Assembly: GCF_018350175.1 (NCBI RefSeq)
Contig: NC_058368.1
Span: 215,080,001-215,144,000, forward strand
Length of the DNA: 64,000 bases
Origin: Felis catus
Lineage: Eukaryota
Reading direction: 5' to 3'
The notes below the pieces were generated by a model. The model did no database searches. It was not told the DNA's origin and worked only from the letters and a program-made list of their open reading frames with translations. The translations under genes and the position numbers were made by a program. Positions 12,086-23,182 of the stretch are shown piece by piece; position 1 is the stretch's first letter; each line of letters begins with the position of its first letter.

Positions 12086-14009
12086 ACTTTAAACATCTTT
12101 TTAGTGTTTTTCACCTTATTGTCACCCCGCTTTGACTGAAATATATCTCCCATTTCATTTGTAAACAGGAAACCACCTTAAAGGACAGAACATGCCTCTG
12201 AATCTCAAAAACTCTGAGGAATATCAGTTGCTTCAGGTATTTGTGGTTCTTTTCCCATCACCTAGTAGACAGCCTGTTATATTGATGGAACTCAAATTTA
12301 AAAGTAACTTTTTAAGTTCATAAATGTTAAAGATGTATCCACAGTTTGAAATAAGTCATTTTGCAGAGATTTATAACATTTATGATATTCAAGAATGAAA
12401 AGATTTTAGCATTAAATAATTTTCTTATTGATTTAATAGTAATTATGAAATGTTGAACTACATACATGACTTCACCTAAAAGTTGAAATGTATATACATA
12501 AGGTATAACTTGTAAAAACAAAAGAAAAAGAAAAAGAAAGAAAACAACAACAACAACAAACAACGAAGAAGTCACCAGTTTGTATCAGCATACGCAAATA
12601 TTAATATTTGGCTGTGTTGTATAATTAATTTTCATTGGCAGCATGCCTCCTTGTGTGTTTAGATTTGCTAATGCAACAACTAAATGCACTTTGCCAGTTC
12701 TTGTGAAAGTTGACAGACATCAGCTAAATTAAACTGTGCTACAAAGCTTAAATAAATACTGCACTGTGTTAAAAATAATGACTGCAATGGTTATTCCAAT
12801 AACCCTGTGTAAAGTCGCTTCTCATCATCTTTTGGAATCTTAAAGTAACCGCATGAGCTACGGAAAGAATCCGTTTCAGAGGGACACGGAAAAAAGGCAA
12901 TGTATTTGAACATATTAACTCGCAAAACAATCTGTTAACCTATGTATGGGATTGTGCAACTGGTTGTTAGAGCTCTCTTGCTGGTATTCTGACATGAGAA
13001 TTGTTTAACAAGCATCCTGGGAATTGGAGGCTCTTCCTCAGTAGTCGCATATGGCCTTCTCTGCTGCATACATAGCAGCGCTTCTGCGCCTCCCAGACTG
13101 ACCTAGCATTAACTAAATTGGATGTCAAGAGTGTCAACATGCTTTAACTGCCAGTGACATTGTTCCGTGGGCTTCTCAGATGAAAGACAAAACAGCCTGA
13201 AAGGAACACAGGATTTAAAAAAAGAGGGTGGAATGCAGAGGATTTCTTTTATTTTTGGATTTATTATCTTCTGATACTTTAGTGCTTTACTGGAACAACT
13301 GCCATAAACTTTCCATCAAACATGGAATTAGAGGCATGCCTGCGTCCATAGATGCACCTAGACTCACGGAGCAGTGCCATTAAAACCGTGTGCTGAAACC
13401 TGCAGGCCTCAGTTCCTCTTAGATCTTATTTCATAGCATGAACCTACCTCTTACTGGCACCGAACGACATTTTGAAAGGTATTATCTATCGTAGAAGTGC
13501 TTTTTTCTTTATTTGCATTTTCCTAAATATTGGTAACATTTAAAAACATGGCCACAGATATAACTACTCAGGTTTCTAATAGAATGAAATTTAGTGCAAC
13601 CGTGTTATAACCATAAAATAAATAAAACATTTACAAACTCAACTCACTTCCTGTGATAGAAATGCTATTTCTTTATAAAAACTGGTCAATGGTCTCATCT
13701 AGATTTGATTTCACTCTGTTCCTGAACTATGAATTCATAATACCAAATGAAGAAATTCTTGTTTTAATCCACTCTTTAATACCCAGCTGAAAGTATATCC
13801 ACTTCAGTCAGCTTCTCTGAATTTCTCCAGATTTTAATGGTGTTATATTTATAGTTCTGTTAATGTTTCCGGCCTAGGCCATGGAATTTGTATTGCTTAT
13901 TTATTATATTGAGTGTTTCCCTTCAAGGGAGCACATTATCTAATATGGAAGGAGAAACGAGATATATAATAAAGTGAAAAAAATAAATCGACAAATAATT
14001 GTAGCAATC

Positions 14010-14702
14010 GCTGTTGGACATTTATCAGTAACCATCACCCCCCATCTTTTGTAGTCACTAAAGTCCAAATTTTTATCCCGCACAGTTGTCCAGAATAAAA
14101 GATCACATTTCCCAGCATCTTTTACAGGCCAGTGAGATTATGTGTTAATGTCTCCACAGTGAAATACCAGAACGATTTATGTGAAGGGCTTTCAGGAAAT
14201 CTTTATATTAGGACATTATTCTTCTACTCCGCTGCCTAGAAGGTCTGTGGTGATTGCTGTTGCTCTAGCTACTGTTCTGAAGCAAGAGGCGTAATTGAGG
14301 ATTTTAGAGCAGGAGAGCAGTACCTGAAGATGTATCAGCAAGTTTCCATAATGTCCAAGACACCCAACTTCAGATTTACTTTTTGTGGGGTGCCTGGGTG
14401 GCTCAGTTGGTTAGCATCTGACTTTGGCTCAGGTCATGATCTCATGGTTTGTGAGTTCGAGCCCCACATCAGGCTCTGTGCTGACTGGTCAGAGCCTGGA
14501 GCCTGCTGCAGATTCTGTGTCTCTCTCTCTCTGTCCCTCCCCCACTCGCGCTCTGTCTCTCTCTCTCTCTCTGTCAGAAGTGAATAACATTAAAAAAATT
14601 AATGAAAAAACAAATTTATTTTTTGAGATAAGCTCATATTTTCTCTTAGCCACACTAATATGGTATGTTTTCTTCTAGGATCAAACCTGATCCTAACTAA
14701 CA
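14010..14702 (+). mobile_element. Old ERVL/MaLR solo LTR interrupted by a SINE
   Basis: aataaaagatcacatttcccagcatc... and the terminal aacctgatcctaactaaca; the sequence resumes after the SINE. Confidence 0.55.
14387..14610 (+). mobile_element. Can-SINE (SINEC_Fc-like)
   Basis: ggggtgcctgggtggctcagttggtt... consensus; TSD ca(g/a)attta(c/t)tttttg. Confidence 0.95.
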
Positions 14703-16669
14703 GGGAAGAAGAGAGGGATGATAACACCTTAGCGCAATTATAAATGCAGATTTTAACACTCTACTTCCAGTAATTGAAAATAAATTTTGAGAGAAAACCA
14801 ATAAGGAATTAGAAGGTCTGAACAGCACAATCACACTTGACCTAACTGCTTTTTTCTAGAACATGACATTTAAGAATGGCAGGAAGCACGTTCATTTTAA
14901 GTATAAATAGTAGATTCCCAATATTAATTGCATACTGAATCATAAAACATGTCTCATTACTTTGAGAGACAAATTCAAATATTCAAATATTTCTAACTGA
15001 ATAAAAAAATATATCACAACATATTTAAGGTCGTGGGAAGGAGTTAAAGCAAGGCTTAGAGTGAAATTAGCAGACTTAAATGCTTATTTTTGAAAATAAT
15101 AAAGGTCTAAATTAATGGTATAAAGTAAATTTTATCCCACATAAGCAGAAAGAAGAAAATAGCAATTATATATGTAGAAATCAATGAAGAAAATATAAGA
15201 AATCAAAGATTTGATAACAGAAACAAATCCGTGAATTTTTTAGTTGATTGAAAAATTTACTAGAATCAATAAAATTCTAGCAAAAGAGATCAAGAAAAAA
15301 GAGAAATACATATCACAAATATCATATGTGAAAGAGGGGACACAACTAGAAATCATGTAGATATTAAAAGATAGTGAGAAAATAATATGAATAAGATTAG
15401 ATCAATAAATTGAAAATTGAGATGAAATGAACAGATTTACTTAAAGATATATGTTACTGAATCTGACTCAAATAGAGAAAAGCAGCCTATCCCTCTTTAC
15501 AATAAAGAAATTGAATTCATAGTTATAAAACAGATACACACACACACACACACACACACACAGATGCACGCACGCACGCACATCTGGTCTCCATGACATG
15601 ATGGCATAATCCTATCAAATTCTTAAGGAAGAAATTATATCACTCATATGTAAAATCCTTTCTGAAAGTAGACTATAAAGGGGGAAATTCTTTCCAGCTC
15701 ACTTTATTAGGCCAACATTACCCAGAAAGGAAAACTAATCAAAATCATTATGATAAAATAAAAATATAGACAAGCACCATTTATGACGACAGATATTTTG
15801 TCCTTAACAAAATATTAGCAAATTGAGTCCAGCAATTTGGGAATGCACCATGACCCATTGGTGTTCTTTCCAGGAATAACATTGGTTTAACAATCAAAAA
15901 ATAATTAATTCAAGTTGCCATATAAATGAAATAAAGGAGGGAAAATAAACAACTTATTAGATTCACAGAAAACGTTTAACAAAATTAAGCTATTAAGATA
16001 AAATATCTCAATAAATTAAGAAGAGCAAGGATTTTCTCAATTTATAAAGATTATCTATAGAGAACCTGCAGCTAACATCAACTTACTGGTAAAAATTTGA
16101 ATTCTCTCCCTATAAGATTGAGAATAAAACAAGAATATCTGCTCTGATCATTTCCATTTAACATTAAACTAGAAGTCTTAGTGAAATATGGCAAAAGGAA
16201 AAGAAGGAGATTTTATATAAATTGAAAAGGTAAAACTGTCTCTTTGCAGATGGCAATAGTGTGTATAGAGAAAATCTGAAGAGATATATACAAAGTCACT
16301 AAAACTCATGAATAAACTTACTGAGTCAGTATACAAAAATAAATTATATGTCTGTATATTTCCTTTAAGTAAATAACAAAATACAGCAGATCATTTATAG
16401 TAACATCAGAAAAGATTAAATATCTAAGGATATATTTGATAAAATATGTGCAAGACTGGTACAGTGAAAGTATAAAATATTGCTGACCGAGATTAAATAA
16501 TATCTGTGTGTACGTATATGGTTAGGAAGACACAATATTTATACAATGTTCATTGTCTCAAAAATGATATATTGGTTCAATATAATTTCATAACAGAATG
16601 TTTTGGGTGCAAGTTGATTGTAAAATTTATATGGAAAGGCAGAGACCTAAAATAGCCCAAATATTTTTT

Positions 16670-16791
16670 ATCATTTGATTAATTGATTGATTGATTGATT
16701 TTTCATCATGAGAAGTGTACTTGTGAATCCCCATCCCCTATTTCACCAATCTTCCCACCCAACTAACCTCTAGTAATCATCAGTTTGTTTC

Positions 16792-16826
<35 letters not shown>

Positions 16827-17012
16827 TTCTCTCTCTCTCTTTTTTCTTTCTTGTTTGTTTTGTTTCTTAAATTCCATATATGAGTGAGATCATATGGTAT
16901 TTGTCTTTCTCTGACTGACTTATTCTGTTTAGCATCATGTTCTCTAGCTCTATCCATGTTGTAAATGACAAGATTTCATTCTTTTTCCTGGCCAAATAAC
17001 ATTCCATCATTC

Positions 17013-17052
<40 letters not shown>

Positions 17053-17542
17053 CACATCTTCTTTATCCACTCATCAATTGATGATGGACACTTGGGCTGT
17101 TTCTATAGCTTGACTATTGTAAAAAAAATGCTGCAACAAACATAGGGGTGCATGTATCCCTTTGAGTTAGTGTTTTCTGTATTTTTGGTGTAAATACCCA
17201 ATAGAGTGATTCCTGGATCATAGGGTAGTTCTATTTTTAAATTTTAAGGAACCTCCATACTGTTTTCCACACTACCTGCTCCAGGTTGCACTCCTACCAA
17301 CAGCGCATGAAGATTTCTTTCTCTCCACATTCTCCTCAACACTTGGTGTTTCTTAGACTGTTGATTTTAGCCAATTTGACGCATGTGAGGTGGTAACTCC
17401 TTGTAGTTTTGATTTGAATTTCCCTGATGATGAGTGATGTTGAACAACTTTTCATATGTCTGTAGCCATCTGTATGTCTTCTTTGGAGAAATGTCTGTTC
17501 ATGTTTTCTGCCAATTAAAATATTTGTTAATGTTTGTTTATT

Positions 17543-17600
<58 letters not shown>

Positions 17601-18286
17601 GGAGAGAGAGAGGGGTAGAGAGGGAGAGAGAGAGCATGAGTGGGGGAAGATATCTTCTGCCCATTTTTAATGGGATTATTTGTTTTGGGGGATATTGAGT
17701 TATATCAGTTCTTTATATATTTTGGACACTAACCCTTTATTGGATATGTCATTTGCAAATATCCTTTCACATTCAGTAGGTTGCATTTAGTTTTGTTGAT
17801 TGTTTCCTTCACTGTACAGAAACTTTTTAGTTTTGATGTACTCCCAATAGTTTATTTTTACCTTTATATCCTTTGCCTCAGGAAACATATCTAGAAAAAA
17901 TGTTGCTATGGTTACTGTCAGAGAGATTACTTCCTTTGCTCTCTTCAAGTATTTTTGTGGTTTCAGATCTCACATTTAGGTCTTTAATCCATTTTTAGTT
18001 TATTTTTCTGTATGGTGAAAGAAAGTGGTCCAGTTTCATTCTTTTGAATGTGACTGTCCAGTTTTCCCAACACCATTTGTTGAAGAGATTCTTTTCCCAT
18101 TGTATAATCTTTCCTCCTTTGTCAGAGTAATTAATCATATAATGTGAGTTTATTTCTGGATTTTCTGCTCTTCTATTGATCTATGTGTATATTTTTATTC
18201 CACTACCATACTGTTTTACTTACTACTGCTTTGTAATATAACTTGAAATCTGAAATTGTGATAACACCATTTTGTTTTTCTTTTTC
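16670..18286 (-). mobile_element. 5'-truncated carnivore L1 nested in the older L1
   Basis: Antisense L1 3' end (attccatatatgagtgagatcatatggtatttgtctttctctgactg). The ORF at 16867-17070 contains the ORF2 C-terminal WIELENMMLNRISQSEKDKYHMISL. Contains (GT)n tracts at ~16794-16824 and ~17019-17049. Confidence 0.92.
17517..17649 (-). mobile_element. 5'-truncated Can-SINE (3' CT-rich/tail part only) with expanded (GT)n(GA)n
   Basis: aatgtttgtttattt...gagagcatgagtgggggaag; TSD atgttttctgccaatt (17501-17516) / atatcttctgcccatt (17650-17665). Confidence 0.8.
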
Positions 18287-18301
18287 AACCAAAATAATTT
18301 T

Positions 18302-18504
18302 CTAAATGCTTATTTATTTTGAGAAAGAGAGCATGCACTAGTGGGGGAGGGGTAGAGAGAGAGGGAGAGAGAGAATCCCAACTAGTCTCTGTGCTGTCAG
18401 CACAGAGCCTGATGTAGGGCTTGATCCCACCAACCATGAGATCATAACCTGAGCCAAAACCCAAGAGTCAGACACCCAACCAACTGAGCCACCCAGGTGC
18501 CCCC
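18302..18504 (-). mobile_element. Can-SINE
   Basis: Consensus match; TSD a(a/g)ccaaaataatttt. Confidence 0.95.
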
Positions 18505-18657
18505 AGCCAAAATAATTTTTGAGGTGAACAACAACGTTGGAGAACTTACAGTGCTTTATTTCAAGATATACTATAAAGCTACAGGAATTGAGACAATGTA
18601 ATATTGGTATGACCTATAAATCAAAGGAACAAAATAGAGGCTAGAAACAGAGATATA

Positions 18658-18702
<45 letters not shown>

Positions 18703-18708
<6 letters not shown>

Positions 18709-19873
18709 CTATTGGTTTGTGAGCATAATTGGTTCTGGAAACATGCTTGTAATCCAAAGCACTTGTATATCAAAGCAAATTTACCCATAAGAAACAATGG
18801 AAACTCAGATGATTTGTTCCACAACCCAAAAATATTCATATGAAAATGATTAAAATACTGTAATGTAACACAAAATAATAAATAAAAATACAAAATATAA
18901 ATAAAAATAAACTAACCTGCATTTAACTTTGAAAACCTTCGTGGCTAATGTGAGGGAGACAAGCGATAGGAGGGTTATTGTGTAGGACGACTTTCACTAT
19001 CACTAATGGAATCACTGCTGTCTATTGGCTCAATGGAATATCTTTCTTTTCCTGCAACTTTAACAAGGAACCTATCCAATGACACGTGCTTTTGCCTCCT
19101 TTTGAGGATTTTGCAGAAATGTGACATTGCATTGTTGTTAAACAGATTCATTGCTCCCACTGCTTTAGACTACTTCAGGTGGTGTTTTTTCTACAAAATT
19201 TTGCACTGTTTCCCACATTTTACACATCTCCTTAATCTCATTTGAAGTGAGGGATCCTCACCTTTTTCTCCTCCTCCTCTGCAGATGAGATGCAAAGACT
19301 TCTTATAAAATCTTGCAAATTTGGCCACTCACATACCTCGTTCATACTTCTTCATGATTTCCTTCTTAACTTCCACCATAATCATCTCCTTCCTACCACC
19401 TTTCTTTTCAACTTTTTTCTGCATGGGGGCCATTGTATATGCTTGCACGGATGTTGACTACAGTACAGCATTAATAAACCCTTGTCATGTACTGTAATGT
19501 AACTGGCAATAAGGCAGCAGAGCAAAGGGTCTGAATCTGCAGGCAGCCTGACCTAGAATGAAGCAAAGCATTCCTAAGTCACTCTTGTGTGGAAAAGCAA
19601 AGGACTGTCCATAGTTGCTTTGAAGTGACAAAACCTATACTAGTGCTAGTTGTGGGCACCTTCCAACTTTCTGAAAAATCACTGATTTATGCAAAGCACT
19701 GTGGCCTGAGACCAAGCATCCAAGCATGGGAGATGAACATCCACAATCACTCAGTGAGAGAGAGAGAAGAACCATTGGTTCAGTTGTGATCATGTGACAT
19801 TGTAAGACTCATACTGCAAGACATTGCTTGTTTATCTTGCAGAACAAGTTACTTGCAATCCAAGGTTTTACTG
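18703..19873 (-). mobile_element. pogo/Tigger-family DNA transposon, internally deleted non-autonomous copy
   Basis: Right TIR ...cttgcaatccaaggttttactg; the left TIR is eroded (taaatctattggtttgtgagc) beside a (TA)n. The minus strand encodes a transposase N-terminus (MAPMQKKVEKKGGRKEMIMVEVKKEIMKKYERGM*VAKFARFYKKS, ATG at 19433) and C-terminus (AMSHFCKILKRRQKHVSLDRFL, stop at 18975). Confidence 0.85.
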
Positions 19874-21271
19874 TGTCATTTTTTTGTTTGTTTTTACAGG
19901 AAAGATAATCCACTAGGGAAAATGAGAGTTGTTGTTTTTTTTTTAATTTGGTGCTGGATGGTGCTGGATAATTTGATATGAATATAGAAAAAATATAAAC
20001 CTCTACCTTTTATCTTAAACTTACAAAATTTTTCTTTGGAATATAACATAAACCTAAACTTAAAACCTCAATCCTTAAAGTTTCTTTCCAAAAAATGTAT
20101 AAGAAAAAAAGTTTGTGACCTTGGGATTGGCTATGATTTCTTAGGTAGGACTAAGAAGTACAAATTGTAAAATAAGAAAATTGGTTAAATGGATGATATA
20201 AAAATTAAGAAAATTAAGAGGTAATTCAAAGACTAGGAGAAATTCATATACATATGAATATAATTATATATATATAACATATCTATATGAATGGTTAATA
20301 TGCACATAAAAATTGGTCATTGGGGAAATATTAGTTGATACCACAATGAGGTACCACTACAGACTTACATAGCTAAAATAAAATAAATTCATAAAACCAT
20401 GTGGTACAATGAATTTTGAAGTATAGGTATGCTTTGCTTGTAAAATGCTAATTTGACCACCACTTTAAAAAGTTTGGCATTTTAGTATAACATGCAGATA
20501 TCATGTGGTCGACCAATTTAATTCTTAATTATTTATCTAAAAGAAATGAAAACATATGTTCATGAATGTTTATTGCAGCTTATTTCTCATAATAGCTTTG
20601 CGTTCAAATGAATCTAATGTCCATCAACAGTGAATTAGCAAATAAATTGCACCCCATAAATACAATGATATATTACTCGTGAAAAGTCAGCACAAGCTAC
20701 TGATACACCCAATAATGTGTACATATCTCCAAATGTTATTGAGGGAAAAGGAAGTCAGAGAGAAAACAAAGTGTGACTCCTTTTATGTTAAATTATAGGA
20801 GATCCCCAAAATCACCTAAACAAAAATCAGACCCCAGATTGCATTAAGTCAGGGGATATTGAGGAACTTACTACAAAGAGTCAAGAGCATTATTTGGAGA
20901 TGTAAGAAATATTCTGTCTTAATTATGGTTTAAGTTATATAGGTGTATACTTTGCCCAAAGGCACCGCACTGTATTTTATATATGGATATATTTTACTGT
21001 ATATAAATTATGCTCCCCAAACTGATGAAAGATTAGTAATACATTGATTTAATCATGTATTCTCTGCCTATTTGCATATTGTGCTTGTGGGACAACACCC
21101 TACTACTGGCTTCAACATTATTCACAAATCTTTGCCATATTTTAAGAGCACATTCTTTATATTTATATGACCTTTTTCAGTGTTTTTTTTTTTTTGCAGT
21201 TCAACACCCATTCTTTAATGCAGTTGTTTTTTCTTCAAGTTCATGTGGCTGTTTGAATAAATTATCAAATA

Positions 21272-22478
21272 CAATTGACCCTTGAACGACGTTGGTTTGA
21301 ACTGTGAAGTTCCACTTATAGACTGATTTTTTTTTCCCCCCTGGAGAGAGATTTATTGTTTCCATTTGCTCCATGGCTTGGGAGAGGGGGCCAGGGTGGT
21401 TATAAAGCTACCTAGTGCCTTTCAGGAGAAGCTCAGATAGAAGCCCTAATACCAGGCAGGTGACCAAGGAGCTGTTTAAGAGCAGCTGGGCTTAGGAAGC
21501 TCCTAGTAATGCTTGGAGGTGAGCCTTTCTAAGATATACTCTCCTCGCCCAGCCTGGAGGCCAGCCAGCTGGTGGAGTTGAGTCAGGTGGTCGCCACATT
21601 CTTAATAAGTTTCACCTCATCTAGGAAGTGGTTCTCCAGGAAGTCACAGAGATGAGGGTCTGCTCAGGCCGAACCCAGGGTATGCAGACCCCAAGGGCCT
21701 GGTTCAGATTTTTCTCTAGAACTGTGGCAGTTTCAGTTTCGTTCTGGGTTTTACCCTCACCCATCCTGGGACAGTTTCCGAATGTTCTGGGTGAGGGAGT
21801 GGTTGCTGTGCTGGTTTTGCGTTTTCAAAAGATGCTTGGCACCCTTGTGCTTCTCCTCTGCTGACTCATGAAAGAAGTGGCCTATGCGCTCCATCATCGA
21901 AATAGAAGCACAGAGAAAGGTAGGTGTAAATGGCCCATAGATGCATGTTAAGCAGGTGCTTGATTGTGCCCCCAACTTGGGGGAATAAGTCTGACAGAAT
22001 CTGTGAGTTTATGGTTGATTGAAAATAAGGAGTAAACTAAAAAAAAAAAAATTGTGTCTGGTGTGGTCTGGAGGCAGAGGGCAACTGAGAAAAATGGTTT
22101 GTAGGCTTGGAACGGAAAAGAGGTTGGAAGATGGTTGAAGCCTGGAAGAAGGGGCATCCTGGGGCCACACTGTCGAAGGAAGGGTAGGTCTGCAGGACCC
22201 TGGACTCACGGATAGGCCGACTTTTTACAGTACATTACTGCAAATGTATTTTTCTCTTAGGATTTTCTTTTCTCTAGCTTGCTTGCTTTATCATAAGAAC
22301 ACAATGTATGATACGTATACAAAATATGTTAATCAACCGTTTATGTTATTTGTAAGGCTTTAGGTCAATAGTATGTTATCAGTAGTTAAGTTTTATGGGA
22401 GTCAAAAGTTATAAGTAGCTTTTTGACTGCACAGAGGTCACTGCCCCTGACCCCTGAGCATTGTTGAAGGGTCAACTG
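21272..22478 (-). mobile_element. Tigger2a-type MITE split by the FTL retrocopy (parts 21272-21331 and 22212-22478)
   Basis: TIRs caattgacccttgaac / gttgaagggtcaactg flanked by TA dinucleotides; the body matches the uninterrupted copy at 29347-29679. Confidence 0.9.
21332..22211 (-). pseudogene. FTL: Ferritin light chain processed pseudogene, full length with UTRs
   Basis: Minus-strand translation gives GHFFHESAEEKHKGAKHLLKTQNQ and [20 protein letters not shown]. Intronless; the CDS-equivalent spans 22012-21503 with the start mutated to ATA, frameshifts and deletions. AATAAA at 21357-21352, a short poly(A) remnant, and a diverged TSD atagactgattttt / ataggccgactttt. Confidence 0.96.
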
Positions 22479-22494
22479 TAATTGAATGCTTCAC

Positions 22495-23182
22495 TGTGTG
22501 TTTGGCTTTCGGCTTTGTCCAGCAAAGCCAAGCTGAGGACAGCAGAAAGAATATCTCAAGACTCCATGCAAGTCAAGAGAGGTGAGAGTGAGGCTCAGGG
22601 AAGTCTCCCCAAGCTGCTCTAAAGCTCCCAGGTTTATTAAGCATACATTTAGGGAAACATTGCACGATATGTCAGTGGGCAAAGTGCCAGTAAGAAGATA
22701 TAGAGAAACAATGCCTTCCTGGGGCACCTGGGTGGCTCAGTCAGTTAGGCGTCCGACTTCAGCTCAGGTCATGGTCTCACGGTCCGTGAGTTCGAGCCCT
22801 GCATCGGGCTCTGTGCTGACAGCTTAGAGCCTGGAGCCTGCTTCGGATTCTCTGTCTCCCTCTCTCTTCTGCCCTTCCCCTCCTCATGCTCTGTCTCTCT
22901 GCCTCAAAAATAAATAAAAACATTAAAAAAAGAGAGAGAAACGATGCCTTCCCAAGACTACAAAAGAGCAGATTCAGAAAGCAGGATGGGGAACAAGATA
23001 AGATATTCCATAGATAGCATGGTGTAAGGAATTCTCGAGGACAGGCAGGACCAACCCTTATTACGCATTAATTAACTAGATACTGGCCCACTGTTCTCAA
23101 CAAGGCCAGAAAGCAGTGTTCTGCTTTGCAATGTGTTCCCTATAATCTCCTAACCCAGGACAGAGCTACTTGATTTCCCACA
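22495..23182 (-). mobile_element. Probable solo LTR interrupted by a SINE
   Basis: tg...ca-bounded GC-richer segment with an internal reverse AATAAA (ggtttattaag); family not recognised. Confidence 0.4.
22721..22930 (+). mobile_element. Can-SINE (young SINEC_Fc-like)
   Basis: Near-consensus with retained CpGs; TSD agagaaac(a/g)atgccttcc. Confidence 0.97.

Larger units (their letters stand above)
14740..21030 (+). mobile_element. Old L1 (ORF2 endonuclease through 3' UTR), hosting several nested insertions
   Basis: Collinear decayed ORF2 motifs (ccagctcactttattaggccaacattaccc; ctgtctctttgcagatggca; actataaagctacag) and an old-L1 3' end. It breaks at ~16670, resumes at 18505, breaks at ~18660 and resumes at ~19875. 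Confidence 0.85.
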
